Shown: positions 1 to 12,500 of the stretch, piece after piece
Layout: every line of letters starts with the position of its first letter
How positions within the stretch are numbered: position 1 is the stretch's first letter
From: Toensbergia leucococca
Taxonomy: Eukaryota
Assembly: GCA_022813965.1 (NCBI GenBank)
Contig: JALDZS010000029.1
Location: 62,001-126,000, forward strand
Direction: 5' to 3'
Length of the DNA stretch: 64,000 nt
Notes under the pieces: model-generated
What the model was told of the DNA's origin: nothing
What the model saw: only the letters and a program-made list of their open reading frames with translations
Databases searched by the model: none
Program-made: the position numbers and the translations under genes

Positions 1-2288
1 AGCTCTGTCTCAGTCAGGTCCACAGCGATTAGCACAACTTGTGAGTCGGTACCATGCTCAGCCTGACTCAAGAGATCTGATGCCACGAACGATGGGTCTG
101 CTGTCTTGTCTGCAATCACTAGCACCTCACTCGGCCCGGCAGGCATATCGATGCTGACTCCTGCCGTAGTGTCGTTCGACACTAGCATCTTTGCCGCCGT
201 GACGAACTGATTTCCAGGCCCGAGGATTTTGTCAACCTTGGTAACGCTGCTAGTCCCATATGCCATTGCTGCAACGGCTTGAGCACCACCTGCCAATACG
301 ATACTCTCTGCTCCAACTTTATGAGCTACGTAAATAATTTCAGGTGTAATCGTACCGTCGCTTCGAGGAGGCGAAGCAATAACGATATTCTTACAACCTG
401 CCACCATTGCCGGTACTCCCAACATCAAGGCTGTCGACGGCAGGACGGCAGTCCCTCCGGGCACGTAAAGGCCTACTCGCTCGATAGCTCGAGAAAAGCG
501 CGAACACATAACACCAGGCATTGTTTCAACTCGTAAAGGTTTGTCGTCCTGCTGTGCCGCATGAAAACGACGAATGTTTTCAAAGCTAACGTCGATGGCC
601 TCGATGGTTTCCGGAGGCAGCTGCATTAAGTTTTCATGGAATGGCGCACGGAGAACCGGTGTTTTCAATGAAATGGCTTTTTCGAATTTGTGTGTATATT
701 CAAGAAGCGCAACGTCACCGCGATCGCGAACGTCGCTCACAATTGGAATTACGACGTTCATAATATCATCAGTGGATCTTTGTGATGGGCGTTGAAGTGC
801 GTCTAGAATAGTTCTCGGGTCTGCCTCTTTGATGTCATATCTTCTCATCTGGACCTTTCCACCACGAATACCGGCAAGATCCTGGCTACTTTTGGGTATT
901 GAAGCTGCTTCTTTGATGTTCTCCTGCTTCTGATCTTCGTTCTCTGGTCTCTCAGACCCGTTGGTAGTACCTCTCAAACCAACCTTTTGAGCCCAGTGTG
1001 CCTTAGCGTTGCCTTTTCTTCTCGTTGCTTTCGAGCTTTTCCGGTCAAGGCTATGTTCAATGTCCTCTAGGCTTACCCCAGCGGCAACGCACTTTGTCAG
1101 AGCGAAATAAAACAGGTCTGCGGCTTCAGCTGCAATGTCCTCAGGACTCTCCGCCTCGCATAACTCGCTCGCTTCTTCCATGATCTTCGCTTCGAGTAAT
1201 TTAGGATTATTGAACAGCCTAGCAGTATATGATCCGGTAGGAGCTGATACTTTGCGGGTCTTGAGGGTTTGTTCAAGACGTGATAAACCGGCGTAGGGGC
1301 CGAAGCATGTTGAAGTCTTCAGATGGCAAAACCCTGGACTATGTTAGTATATTAGTCGTCATTAAACGGATTGGTTCGAGCTACCGATTCCTTTCTGCCG
1401 GACAGTAAACTTTAAAGCATCAGCATCGCAATCCCAGCCAACACTGATCAATTCTTGGATATCTCCACTTTCTGCGCCCTTGATCCATAATCCGTTTCGG
1501 GAACGGCTATGGTAGACCCCACGTCCAGTCTGCAAAGCTGTTTCCACGCTCTTATCATTGCTGTAGACCAACCCTAAGCAGACACCATGCTCATTCGTAA
1601 CAATGGTAGGATACAGACCGTCAGGTCTGTCGCTACGGACCGCCATCGTGATCAGAAGCCATGCTGGTATAAGATTGGGGTTTTTTTCCGGCTCAACGGT
1701 GAGAGCACTCGCGGGAACAATGGGAACATGACCGCCTGAAATGGCTTTGATATAGTAATCCTGAGTGTTACGCGCTAACGTGACATATCGAGTAGGATGT
1801 CCCCCATGGCGGTCATGTTCTTGCATTGTGTCCAATAACTTCCATTCATGAACGTCATGGACTTGGATACCCACAGGAGTATTGCCGACAATGTTCATTA
1901 GGTCCTCCTTGATCTCTTTCGCAGCAGTAGCTGGGTCACCAATACAGACGGAATGGTCAAGAGAAACGATGAAACGACCCAAGTCCTCAACAATCGCCTC
2001 CTCCACAAGAGCCTTCAACTGATTGAAAGTAACAAAGACCTTGGTGGCCCCATTGTCGAGAAGAGACAATATATCTTTCAGGCTGGTCAAGGCAGTAACA
2101 TCGCAGTAAGTCGTGAAATTATTGAAATGCTTTAGCAACAATGAATTTGCAAGATCGACTTTTGTCGGAGTGACAACAGTATAAACCCTATTGAGATAAG
2201 ATATCGTCTTCAAGTCAAGGCCCTCACAAGTAGCCGACTGAAAATTTTCGAGATCAACTGAAACAAAGAACTTTTCTGCCATTTCCAT
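1..2288 (-). CDS. HIS4: Trifunctional histidine biosynthesis protein (PR-AMP cyclohydrolase / PR-ATP pyrophosphohydrolase / histidinol dehydrogenase); 3' end runs off the window
   Basis: Exon 1 has SDRPDGLY...LGLVYS...GVYHSRSRNGLWIKGAESG...DCDADAL. Intron 1384-1334 joins to GFCHL. Downstream sequence encodes GLYVPGGTAVLPSTALMLGVPA and KILGPGNQFVTAAK...IDMPAGPSEVLVIAD (HisD motifs). Start is ATG 2288 or 2282. Confidence 0.96.
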
Positions 2289-2387
2289 ATAATTGCAGCC
2301 TGTGCTACTGGTCAACCCTCTTAGCCACTACGACTTGGATCGGAGATGGATATCAGGGCTTTTCAAACTGACCAATATGGGTAGTAG

Positions 2388-2393
2388 TGACTC
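2388..2393. promoter_or_regulatory. Candidate Gcn4/CpcA site (TGACTC) ~100 bp upstream of HIS4
   Basis: TGACTC hexamer in the proximal promoter. HIS4-type genes are classic cross-pathway-control targets. Confidence 0.45.
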
Positions 2394-2476
2394 GAGAGTA
2401 TACGTGAAAAATATGTGTATTTTTCAAGACAAAGTTACCTAATCGTACCCTATACGGACACCTAGCTCACTATTCT

Positions 2477-3107
2477 GGGGGTGGTGATACATGTACACCC
2501 CCTTTTGATACCTGTACATCCCATACCCCCCCCTCATCGGGCGCAATATCACCGAGGAAAATTTTATCATTCTGCACCACATCTAGCCCCGATTCCCCAT
2601 CACTTCGCAAGCCATTTACTTGTCCCATTCGCGTGCCATTCAGAAGCCAAATTACCTAGGAGAAAAACCATGCTTTTCTACCACATCCTGAGTTGATTCC
2701 CTCACCCCCGGGCGCACGATCACATCATGATTCTGAATCACCTCCTTTCAAAATCATGAGACACCCTGTTATCTACAGGAGTTCCACCTCGCCCCCCTCT
2801 GGGTGGGGGTTCGGGTTCATGAGGTAGAGGTAGATTGAAATTCATGGTATTGCGCCCGGGGTGAAGAATTAAGTGGAAACGTGATACAATATCAGGATGA
2901 TTCCCTAGGTAATTTGGTATCTAAGTAGATGGCACGCAAATGAAACAGGTATTTGGCTTGCGAAGTAGTGGGGAATTGAGGCAAGATGTGGTGCAGAATG
3001 ATAAAATTTTCCTCGGTGATATCGCGCCCGAGGGAGGAAGGGGGGAAGGTGTAGAATACAGGTATCAAAAGGGGGTCACACTGGGGTGTACATGTATCAC
3101 CACCCTC
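2477..3107. mobile_element. Non-autonomous foldback / MITE-like element with long imperfect terminal inverted repeats
   Basis: Left end GGGGGTGGTGATACATGTACACCCC matches the reverse complement of right end GGGGTGTACATGTATCACCACCCTC. The block ATATCACCGAGGAAAATTTTATCATTCTGCACCACATCT is exactly inverted in the two arms. Similarity continues (CCAAATTACCTAGG, CCCCGGGCGCA) nearly to the centre. No coding capacity; no clear TSD. Confidence 0.85.
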
Positions 3108-3887
3108 TAAAAAAAGTGACTGTCCTGAATGAACCCTGACCGTCAGGCAACCAAACACGGGTCTCGGCAAGAGCGTTTAGCTTTTGACATCGCAAAAATG
3201 TGGATGGGTGAAGAGAAGTCCCATATTTTATTGTATGATTGCTTGATGTTACTTTTATCAAATGAATCGAAGAATTCCCACAGTCCCAGAAATATTTTAG
3301 ACCTATCTCGCAAGCTGCAGCACTGTGTTCAAAATAGATACGCTTAGAAGACCGTACTCTGTAGAGAGACGGATGTAGGCGAGCAGGGTCTTCACTCATT
3401 AAATAGACTTATTGGCGATAGGAATTGTAGCACGTTACGGTTCAAGGTGAGCCCTTTTTTCTAATTGGTAATTGACTGTAGGCTTTGACTTGTGAGCACT
3501 ATTTTACTGTTTAATTAGGAACCAATACTTTATCAGCATCGTCGTTGCTCAATGAGTAGTAGGTAACGTAATTGTAGAAAGGATTTACGAACAGGACAGA
3601 TTAGATCTGATATTGAAAGATCGCGTGACGTGCCTCTCCCAATTTGCAGATTGTGAAACATTCACTGCCTTCCTGACTAGCTTATTCTACTGATGATGGA
3701 CCCCCAAGTGTTGCTGCTATTCTCTGCTCTACAGATGACCTGCAGTCTTAAACGGCGTGAATTGCTGACTCTCACTTCCGCCTGACTAAATCGTTGCCGG
3801 CCAAAGATAAATTTGTCGACTCATGTTGGGCCTGCCCTTGTACCGTGTAGTGCGGGTAACAGCTGCAAAGAGCATAGCAATCCAGTA

Positions 3888-6800
3888 ATGTCTACATCTT
3901 CGACACACTCCAAAGGTGTCAACAAGCGTATCAACAGCCTGCAGAGCAACGGTCGACTGTCTCGAGAGGGTTCTCGGTCTCGAAAGCGCTTCATCACTCA
4001 TAATGATGCCTACACTTTTGCCTTACGAGTTGCGTATCTTGCCTACCTCCTACAGCCTCGAGTCCGCCGGACCCAGCACATACCAGCCCCGCAAACGCCG
4101 GTACAGCGATCATCGACCTCGGTCAATGATTTGATGAAAGACTTTAGCATTGTGAGAGACTCCAAGAGCACGAGATTTCCTCATGGATTCATGCTGGAAC
4201 TTGAAAAGCGCCTGACAAGTGTGTTGATGGGAAGGGAGAAGAAGCCGGAATACAGCGATGCTACTGTCAAGCGGACTTTCGCCGCTTTCCTTAATGCCTT
4301 CACCGAGCAGAGCTTCAAGAAACGAATGGAGAAGGATCGGCGTGTGGAGGACCTCGTGCTGATATTCTTCTCAAATGCCACAAAAGAGTTGCAAAAAGGC
4401 AAAGCACCGGGAGATGGTGCTTGGAAGCTCATGGTGGATCGACATCTTGCTCTGTTTGTTCGACTTATAAGCTTGGTGCTCAAAGACCATGACTGGGCTC
4501 GAGAAAGACCCGAGTTGACAAATCGTCTAGCAACTTTGGAGACTAAATTGCTGGCCCACGATCAAGACCTGGCTGCCTCATCGTCTCGTAATGGAGGCGC
4601 TGGGGGCTCGACAGTAGAAGTTATTGTACCCTTGAGCTATGAAGTGAAAGACATGCCGCTTGTGCAAATTGTTGCTCGAATATTTGGTCTCACAAACACT
4701 CAAGTCCAATCCGACATCGACAAGAATAGGCCGGTGTGGACCGAGAAAGCCGCGCTACAGGACTTGAAGACGTACCAAACACATCTCAGTCTCAATTCAA
4801 GGAAAACATTACGCAGTGACGATTTTGATGTGGAGGAGGGTTATGACGCTTGGAGGAAGGCGGAGAATCCCGATTTATCTCAAATGATGCTCGCTATAGT
4901 GCAGTCAAATCCAGAGCTTGCAAAGAGTACGTCTGGAATGAATCTTCCACATTTCAATTCTGTCGTCAATGGTTCAGATCCCTCATACTTTGATGCTTCG
5001 AGAAAAATGTCAGATGCCGAAGCATCTTCTTATGTGATTGATCAACCTGTGGATATGAGCAGTTTTAGTCCAGGGGATCAGGATCTGGAGTCCTCCAATA
5101 TTGATGATGACAGCTTTTTCACTTTCATTCCGCCTGATCCAAGAGCGTACTATCGCTTCATTTTGTCAGAGGCACTTTCTCATGATTTAAATAACAAAGA
5201 CTTGCTACCTTCGGACGCAACCGCAGACACGCCAGCTACGAGGCTCTTCTCGAAGCAATCTACTGAACTCCTTAACGAAATCTCCCTACGCTGGCGCATT
5301 CCACAAGTGTCTCGTATAATTCTTTTCTTGGATGTCGTTCGCGAGAAGTTCGTGGATCAAGATATCACACTCGATACATTAGACGCTGCTTTCAATTACA
5401 TCAAGGAACCACTTCATGATAAACAAAAAGACCCCAACTTCATGAGCTCGTTAATGTTTGATCGAACCAGATGGACATTAGCAGATTTCGCTCTCAATCA
5501 GCAAATCCTATCCATCCTCCATGACGCATTGATCCGTGATCTATACGATGCGTTGCAGCACTGTTATGAACAAAAACCACCATCTATTACTCCTATAATA
5601 TATGTCTTGGAGCACCACATCCATAATGATCCAAGTTTTTCGAGAAGCTCGGAAGACCTTGATGCTTTTACTAGTCAGCTTCGTAAAGGCTTGCAGCAAA
5701 AAGCTCATGAAATATACAGGGCGTATCTTGAGAAACACGTACCTCAAGATCAGTACAGCTGGGAGTTCTTCCATGTGATTCAATTGGGTAAGGCAGTTGT
5801 CACTTTGGCTGAACGCATTCAGAAGCGGTACCGAAAGAGCCCCGAAATCATGGGGTAAATGACACAGTTTCCATCTTACATGCGTCACTAATCCATGTAC
5901 AGTGTGAACCCGCTGACAGCCTTGGTCGAGACGATCCTCCCCCTTTACGCCGAAGATGGTCGGGATGTCGTAAAGAGAATTCTGCAGCTTGCGCAAGAAA
6001 AGGGTCAGGAAATACCAATTGAGGATGGTTTCCAACTTTATGGAGAATTAGTTGATATCAGGCGGGTCCACGGTGAAGTCTTGCCCGAGTGAGTTAGAGA
6101 TATCACCGGAGTCAACAATCACCTGAGAGTAGGCTAATGGAATATTGTTAGTATTCCTTTTGCATTTCCTATCGAAGAGCTTCTCGCGGAGTTTGTGTGG
6201 CGCTGGATACGGATGACCGAGTCGAGTATGACTGACTGGGTTGATCAAGCGGTCAAGCAGGATCGCTTTCGAGTGCGAACAGAGCTTGAAAACCAAGTAC
6301 CTGACGAAGACCAAAGGCACAGCGTCTCTGTAATTGATATTTTCAGCTCCTTCAACCAGACAATTGATCGCATTGTGCAGCTAAATTGGGACGAGGACGT
6401 TCAATACGCCAAATTTATGACTGCATTAGCGAAAATCGTAGGCGCTGGGTTGGCTCGGTACTGCGAGGTGGTGGAGCTGAAGTTTAGCAAAGAGATGGAC
6501 AGATTGACTCCGGAGCAAGAAGCTGCAGCAAGCCAGACTACCCAAGAAAAATGGGTACAATTAGCCAAGGACGCATGGAATAACAAGGAGAAGATAGAGC
6601 CTTTTCAATTTTTCCCTGAGGTTGTTGCCCCAAGAACCATCTTCCAACTCTTGCTCACTTTATGTCTAGTCTTTTGTGAAGCTTAATAATATCGAGTTTG
6701 CTTCCCAACAACTTGATAAGTTGGAGCGGGAGGTTAACGTCGACGCTTGCGCCGCTGTAATCCAGCGACAAGCTTTACCCATCAGCCAACGGCAGCGAAA

Positions 6801-8201
6801 AGTGACTAACTATGTCTTCACCATTAAAATCGTTGAAGCAGAAGACCTGAAGGCTTGCGACATAAACGGTCTCAGCGATCCATATGTGGTCCTCGGCGAC
6901 GAGTATCAGAAGCGCCTGGCCAAGACAAGAATCATATACCGCAATCTCAATCCGAGGTGGGATGAAACGGTAGACATCACCACTCAGGGGCCGTTGAACA
7001 TAATATCTACAGTATGGGACTGGGATGCCCTTGGCGACCATGACTGCGTCGGCAGGGCATCTATCAAACTAGACCCATCACACTTTGGTGATTTCCTGCC
7101 TCGAGAATACTGGCTGGACCTTGATACTCAAGGTCGCCTTCTGTTGCGAGTAAGCATGGAGGGGGAGCGAGATGATATCCAATTTTACTTTGGAAAGGCA
7201 TTCCGGACACTCAAACGAACAGAAAGGGACATGACTAGGATCATTACAGACAAGGTAGAGCACTGGAAGGTCGATAAGCTACTTTGCTAATATCATCAAA
7301 GCTCTCTGCATATATCAACCACTGCCTTTCCCGTCGCGCTCTGCGAAACCTGCTGTCCAAAGGCATCTCGATGTCATCAGTATCAAATTATTTCAATCGA
7401 AACAGACCACCGCCAGCCACCCAAGCACCAACTCAGGCTGAGATCACACGTGCACTCAAGCCCCTCTTTGCATATTTCGACGATAATTTTGCTATAATGA
7501 ATCAAACACTGACAAGTGTTGCTATGGTGATGGTAATGACACGGCTCTGGAAAGAGGTTTTAGTCACGATAGAAGGTCTGCTAGTCCCTCCTCTTTCAGA
7601 CAAGCCGTCGCAGCAACGCCAGCTCGGTCAACAAGAATTGGATGTTGTTTTCAATTGGCTACAGCTTCTTTATGATTTCTTTCATGCAGTCGACGAAGAG
7701 ACAGGGGAGGCTAACGGTGTTCCTCTTGATGTTCTTCGATCTCCTAAATACTTTGATATCACCACCCTCAACTTTTTTTACTTTGAGACCACGGAAGGTC
7801 TGATACGGACTTCGGAGCGCATGGCTTCTGCTACTGTCGCTCGCCAAGCCGCGCAGCGAAATCGGCTCTCCGCCCCTGCATCATTATCATCTCCTGCGTT
7901 CGGTGGAGCCGCTGGTCTGGTTGGTATGCCATCTACACGGCGTCCGAAAAGCATCATGCTCTCACGAAATCTTGGTACCATAAAACAAGCCAAAGAAGAC
8001 AAGAGGAAGGATGCTCAAGCTGACCCGAATGATGACATGATCCTACGAATTCTGAGGATGAGGCCGGAAGCTGAGAGGTACCTGAGGGACAGAAGCAGGC
8101 AAAAAGAAAGGCTTGCAGCTGCCGCCGCAGCTGAGATGATTGTGCGACAAAGCCTCATGGCTGGGGGCGGCAGAATGATGGGAAATCTTCCAAGACGTTA
8201 A
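3888..8201 (+). CDS. C2-domain / Munc13-homology protein (S. pombe Git1-like), 5 exons
   Basis: ORFs 3813-5858, 5895-6092, 6195-6686, 6676-7290 and 7284-8201 are joined by short introns. C2 motif FTIKIVEAEDLKACDINGLSDPYVVL...RNLNPRWDE...VWDWD; long helical MHD-like regions. Confidence 0.88.
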
Positions 8202-8536
8202 GAATCGATAATACTCATGCTTGTAGACTTTGACTGTTCTTTAGCGGGAGTATGGGGTTTCAGAGCGATGTTGAAAACATCATCTGAAGATCTTCCGGGG
8301 CGCACGTATGATGTTTTGAGACGGGGATGTTGCTTTCAGAGAATACATTGGCTTGAGGAGTAAAGCTTTGGCGTAGTAATCTGATGGAATGAGAACCAAT
8401 AACAAGCCAAGTAGACACAAATTACACGTCACAACGCAATTGAAAGGTTGCATTTTGATCTTAGGAGTGGGAACTTGGACTGTATTCGCCAAGGACGTCG
8501 TTGACTTTAGCTAATGAAAGCAATGTTATTGCATGA

Positions 8537-9101
8537 TCATATCTCCTCATCGTCTCTTCGAGCCTGTACATCCATTAGCAGTGCACAGCTCTTGAGAGCT
8601 AAAATCGCAATCTTACTCACAGGCAATGCATTGGGCCCTCCTAGCTCCGCTTCCAACCCTCCAGGAAAAGCCCTGAGTGCACTCGGTTTATCAGGATAAT
8701 AAACGCTAACCACCCCACACAATCCCAACACTGTCGTAATGAAACAACCTAACAAGAAAAAGCCTTTTCCGGGCGTGAAGTGCGTATATTCTTCCAGCGA
8801 GAACATGCCAAGAATATCATTGTCTTCGTGCAGTGGTTCGCCGTAATTGCGGCGCTCTTGCTTGTCCCACCAGTCACCGTAGGGGTCACGGAACTGTCGT
8901 TTCTCTGCTGGAGGATTGACATAGCCGCCATTCTGGACGTGTCAGTTTTTTGAGAAGCATAGGACGAGAGATACAGACCATATGAGGGTCATCGACATCA
9001 AGTTGAGAGAAGCATCGGAGTTGAGGCCGGTAAGCGCTGGGAATGGGAGTTTGGAATATGTGCAACAAAGGCCTTGTCCCTACGAGTCTCCTCAAAAGCA
9101 T
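8537..9101 (-). CDS. NDUFB8: NADH:ubiquinone oxidoreductase subunit NDUFB8 (ASHI), 3 exons
   Basis: Mitochondrial presequence MLLRRLVG...; spliced product DPHM|NGGYVNPPAEKRQFRDPYGDWWDKQERRNYGEPLHEDNDILGMFS; one TM helix; YPDKPSALRAFPGGLEAELGG. Confidence 0.92.
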
Positions 9102-9559
9102 CTACTCAGAGCATTAGATGGCAATGCTGGGGTGAATTGTGAGCTCACCTTGGTAGATTCACTAACACTCGAGGACAAGGTGCTCTATCCCATGGGTATG
9201 TTTTGTAGCACACTCACTCACACAACCAGAGTCTGGGAGTCTGGGTGTCAGTTCTGCCGGTGTCTTCGTTAGCGTGCTGTGTTGAACGCGCTGCGCCTCG
9301 TAGTATATGTCATATCTAAAAACCCGGACGCGGCAACTTCCCTTTCTCTCAGACAAATGAAGCACAATCATCACATTCACCTTCATGCTCGAGTCCCCCC
9401 TGCAACAGACTCGATGATCCCTTCAAACTTCATCATCGCACTGTTCTCGACACAGGCTGCCATCTCATGCCACAATCAAGCATTTTGAACGTGGTTTCGC
9501 TGGCTAAATTGGGGGCTGTATCCTCCAGTAAGGCTCTCGTCTACCTGTCATAAGAAATA

Positions 9560-12500
9560 ATGAGCTTGAATGCTCTCCACATCACCGATTCGACGTCGAC
9601 CGATCCCAATCTCTCAACTGCCGCATTTCATTTTCAAGTCAAGTCGCCAGATTGGTCGACACATCAGGTACCGCTCAAGATTAACGATACTGCCTGCGAA
9701 GACATCAATAACAACAATGATGGACCCCTTGCAAAGAAGCGGAAACTCACCGATCCTGCCTCGCAGCCCCGATCAGCCTCTCGGCCACTCTCTCCACCTT
9801 GGAGGAAAATTGCAGTTGAAGGACCCACCTCATTCGTCGAGGGAGGTAGAAGAAAGTCTTCCCGGACGAATCTTATACCTCTGGAACTTCAACCCCAGGC
9901 CGACAAGCGACAGACGCGTGCAGCCAACCACAAGAATCAACCTGGTAAGGTGAAATTGAGTGGTGCATCCACACATGTACCATCGCCTTTGACTCCGTCT
10001 TCAAGCCACTCGCAGATCAATGGCAAACGACCGCATTCTTCTGAAATCACAACAGCCAACCTTGGCATTAAAATACCAGCCAAGGGGGTCGACCAGAGAA
10101 CCATACCCGCTAAGCACACTACTGCTAACAACACGCCTGTGAAACGCTCTCACAAGAAGAAAGTGCCTCCAAGGTCAATCACGCCTGTACCAAAAAGCGC
10201 AAGCCCCCATCAGACACGAAGATCAGTGCGTGCCTCTCAAGCTGCTGAGGAAGTAGAAGGGGATCAGGAGTCTGACTCAAATGGGACTGGTGAGAGTGAA
10301 GCGGAAGAGGTGACTATTGTCGGATCAAATTACAAGCCACAGAGACTGAACCTCAAAGTCCGGATGCCAACGGTGACAATCCAGCATCCAGGACATGTGC
10401 TCCCTCAGCGCCACTTCTCCTCATTTCGCGACTGGCTTGAACACGACGACCCCCTCGGTGGAGATGATTCCGGCCATTTGTCATACGAAGAGGCTAGTAG
10501 ACAAGCTAAAGTTCGTCGGCGTCTCGCTGAAGCTGCCAGACCAGGAGGTGTTCTCAGCGAGGGTAGGTGTTCCGTCATTATAACAGAGCCACAAGAAGAA
10601 CCCTCTCGGCAGTATGCGCACCAGGACCACCTTATTGCGCATGCTGTTTACTTCCATAAACTGATGAAACAAGAACAACGGCATCATCTCAGCTCCGCGA
10701 GACGGATCGTGTATGCTGCTGCTGCAGAGTGGAAGAGAAGACAACCTAAGACTGAAGATGAGGTTGAGCTGGATCCAAGAGAGGTGGCAAAGGCACATTA
10801 CAAGCAATTGAGGAAAGATTTATTGCAAAAATGGGAGATGATCAACGTTGAGGTTGAGAGACGGCGGCTCCAAAGGTGGAAAGAAGAACAAGATGTTCTC
10901 GGTAAACAGGCATTGAACAGGGTGTTGGAACAGTCCACTCAGCTGTTACATAACAGAAGACAGAGGGATTTATCTGAAACGGGCAGCGCTGGGGCTGACC
11001 AAGAGAACTCGGACGATGAGGAGGATCATACGTCCGAAGGATCAAGTTCAGGTGAACAGAGTCAAGACGAAAGTAACATGTCCTCAAATCAATCTGAAAG
11101 TGAGGAAGACCTACCAGCTAATATCTCCGACGATGACGCGGGTCTGACTGTGGAGGAGCTTCGCAGGAAATATGCAGAATTGCCAAGTGAAAATCAGGAG
11201 GGACGTTTGCACCGGGATGACGAAAGACATGAGGATGTTGTTGTGGATGACCCTGAATCGGGAAATGAGATGGACTTAATTACTTTCGGAACTGACGTTA
11301 TCCGTAGATCTGGTGTTGTGGAAACAGAAGCTAGAAGACGTGTCCGAGATACCACTACTGAGGATAACGGTGCTGAGAACACTGATGAGGTTACCGATGT
11401 TTTGATGGATGAAAGCGACGCAAGCACGGATATGGACGATGATATGGGCGACAGTGACGATGAATCCGAAGCATCTCCGGACTTTGGTGAGGAGAGTGAG
11501 GCAAGTGAAGAGGATCGTGGTCTACTTGGTTTCTTCGCGAGGAAAGAATACCTTAATGGTGAGAATATTGTTGATGCGAGCGGCCCTCCGGACACAAGCG
11601 TGATCACCGAAATTAGTGAAGGTGAAGCCGATGAAGTTTCTCTGATTCCAGACGCCACCCAAGTCCAAACGCCATCCGCAAGCAATAGCGAAGAGCCTTT
11701 CCTAGATCTCAATGGTCGTATAGCACTCAAATCAGGGAACGCTTCTGGAGAAGTTGAGGAAGTCAGCCGCAATGTGCAAACCGGAAAAGCAGCTATTGAG
11801 CCATCTCCTTTAGCTAAATTGATAAGCTCGGGCACATCACTCCATAACCATCGAGATTCATTACCAAGCACCCCTATTTCATCACACCCTCTAAAAACAC
11901 CAGTGCCACCTCTGCTGCGAGGCACTCTCCGGGAGTACCAGCACTACGGCCTCGACTGGCTTGCTGGAATTTATGCGAATGGAACGAACGGTATTTTGGC
12001 CGACGAGATGGGCTTAGGTAAGACTATACAGACTATAGCTCTGCTAGCCCACCTTGCGGTGGAGCATGAAGTCTGGGGTCCACATTTGATTGTGGTGCCT
12101 ACAAGTGTCATGTTGAACTGGGAGATGGAGTTTAAGAAGTTTCTCCCAGGATTCAAGATATTGACGTATTACGGCTCTCAAGAGGAGCGAAAACAAAAGC
12201 GCAAGGGCTGGCTCGACGACGATAAGTGGCATGTTTGCATCACTTCGTATCAGCTGGTCCTGCAGGACCAACAAACTTTCAAACGGAGGGCCTGGCACTA
12301 CATGGTCCTCGACGAAGCACACAATATCAAGAATTTCCGTTCTCAGCGGTGGCAAACGCTCTTGACATTCAGAACTAGAGCTCGGTTACTGTTAACAGGA
12401 ACTCCGCTTCAGAATAACCTCACAGAGCTCTGGTCGCTCTTGTTCTTCCTGATGCCATCTGATAGCACCGACACCGGCGTTGGAGGTTTCGCCGATCTTC

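Noticed and set aside
11194..11925. Long antisense ORFs (243 aa in SWR1; also 228 aa at 59747-60433 and several in noxA and DSK2)
   Set aside because: These are antisense shadows of genuine coding sequence with no independent motifs.
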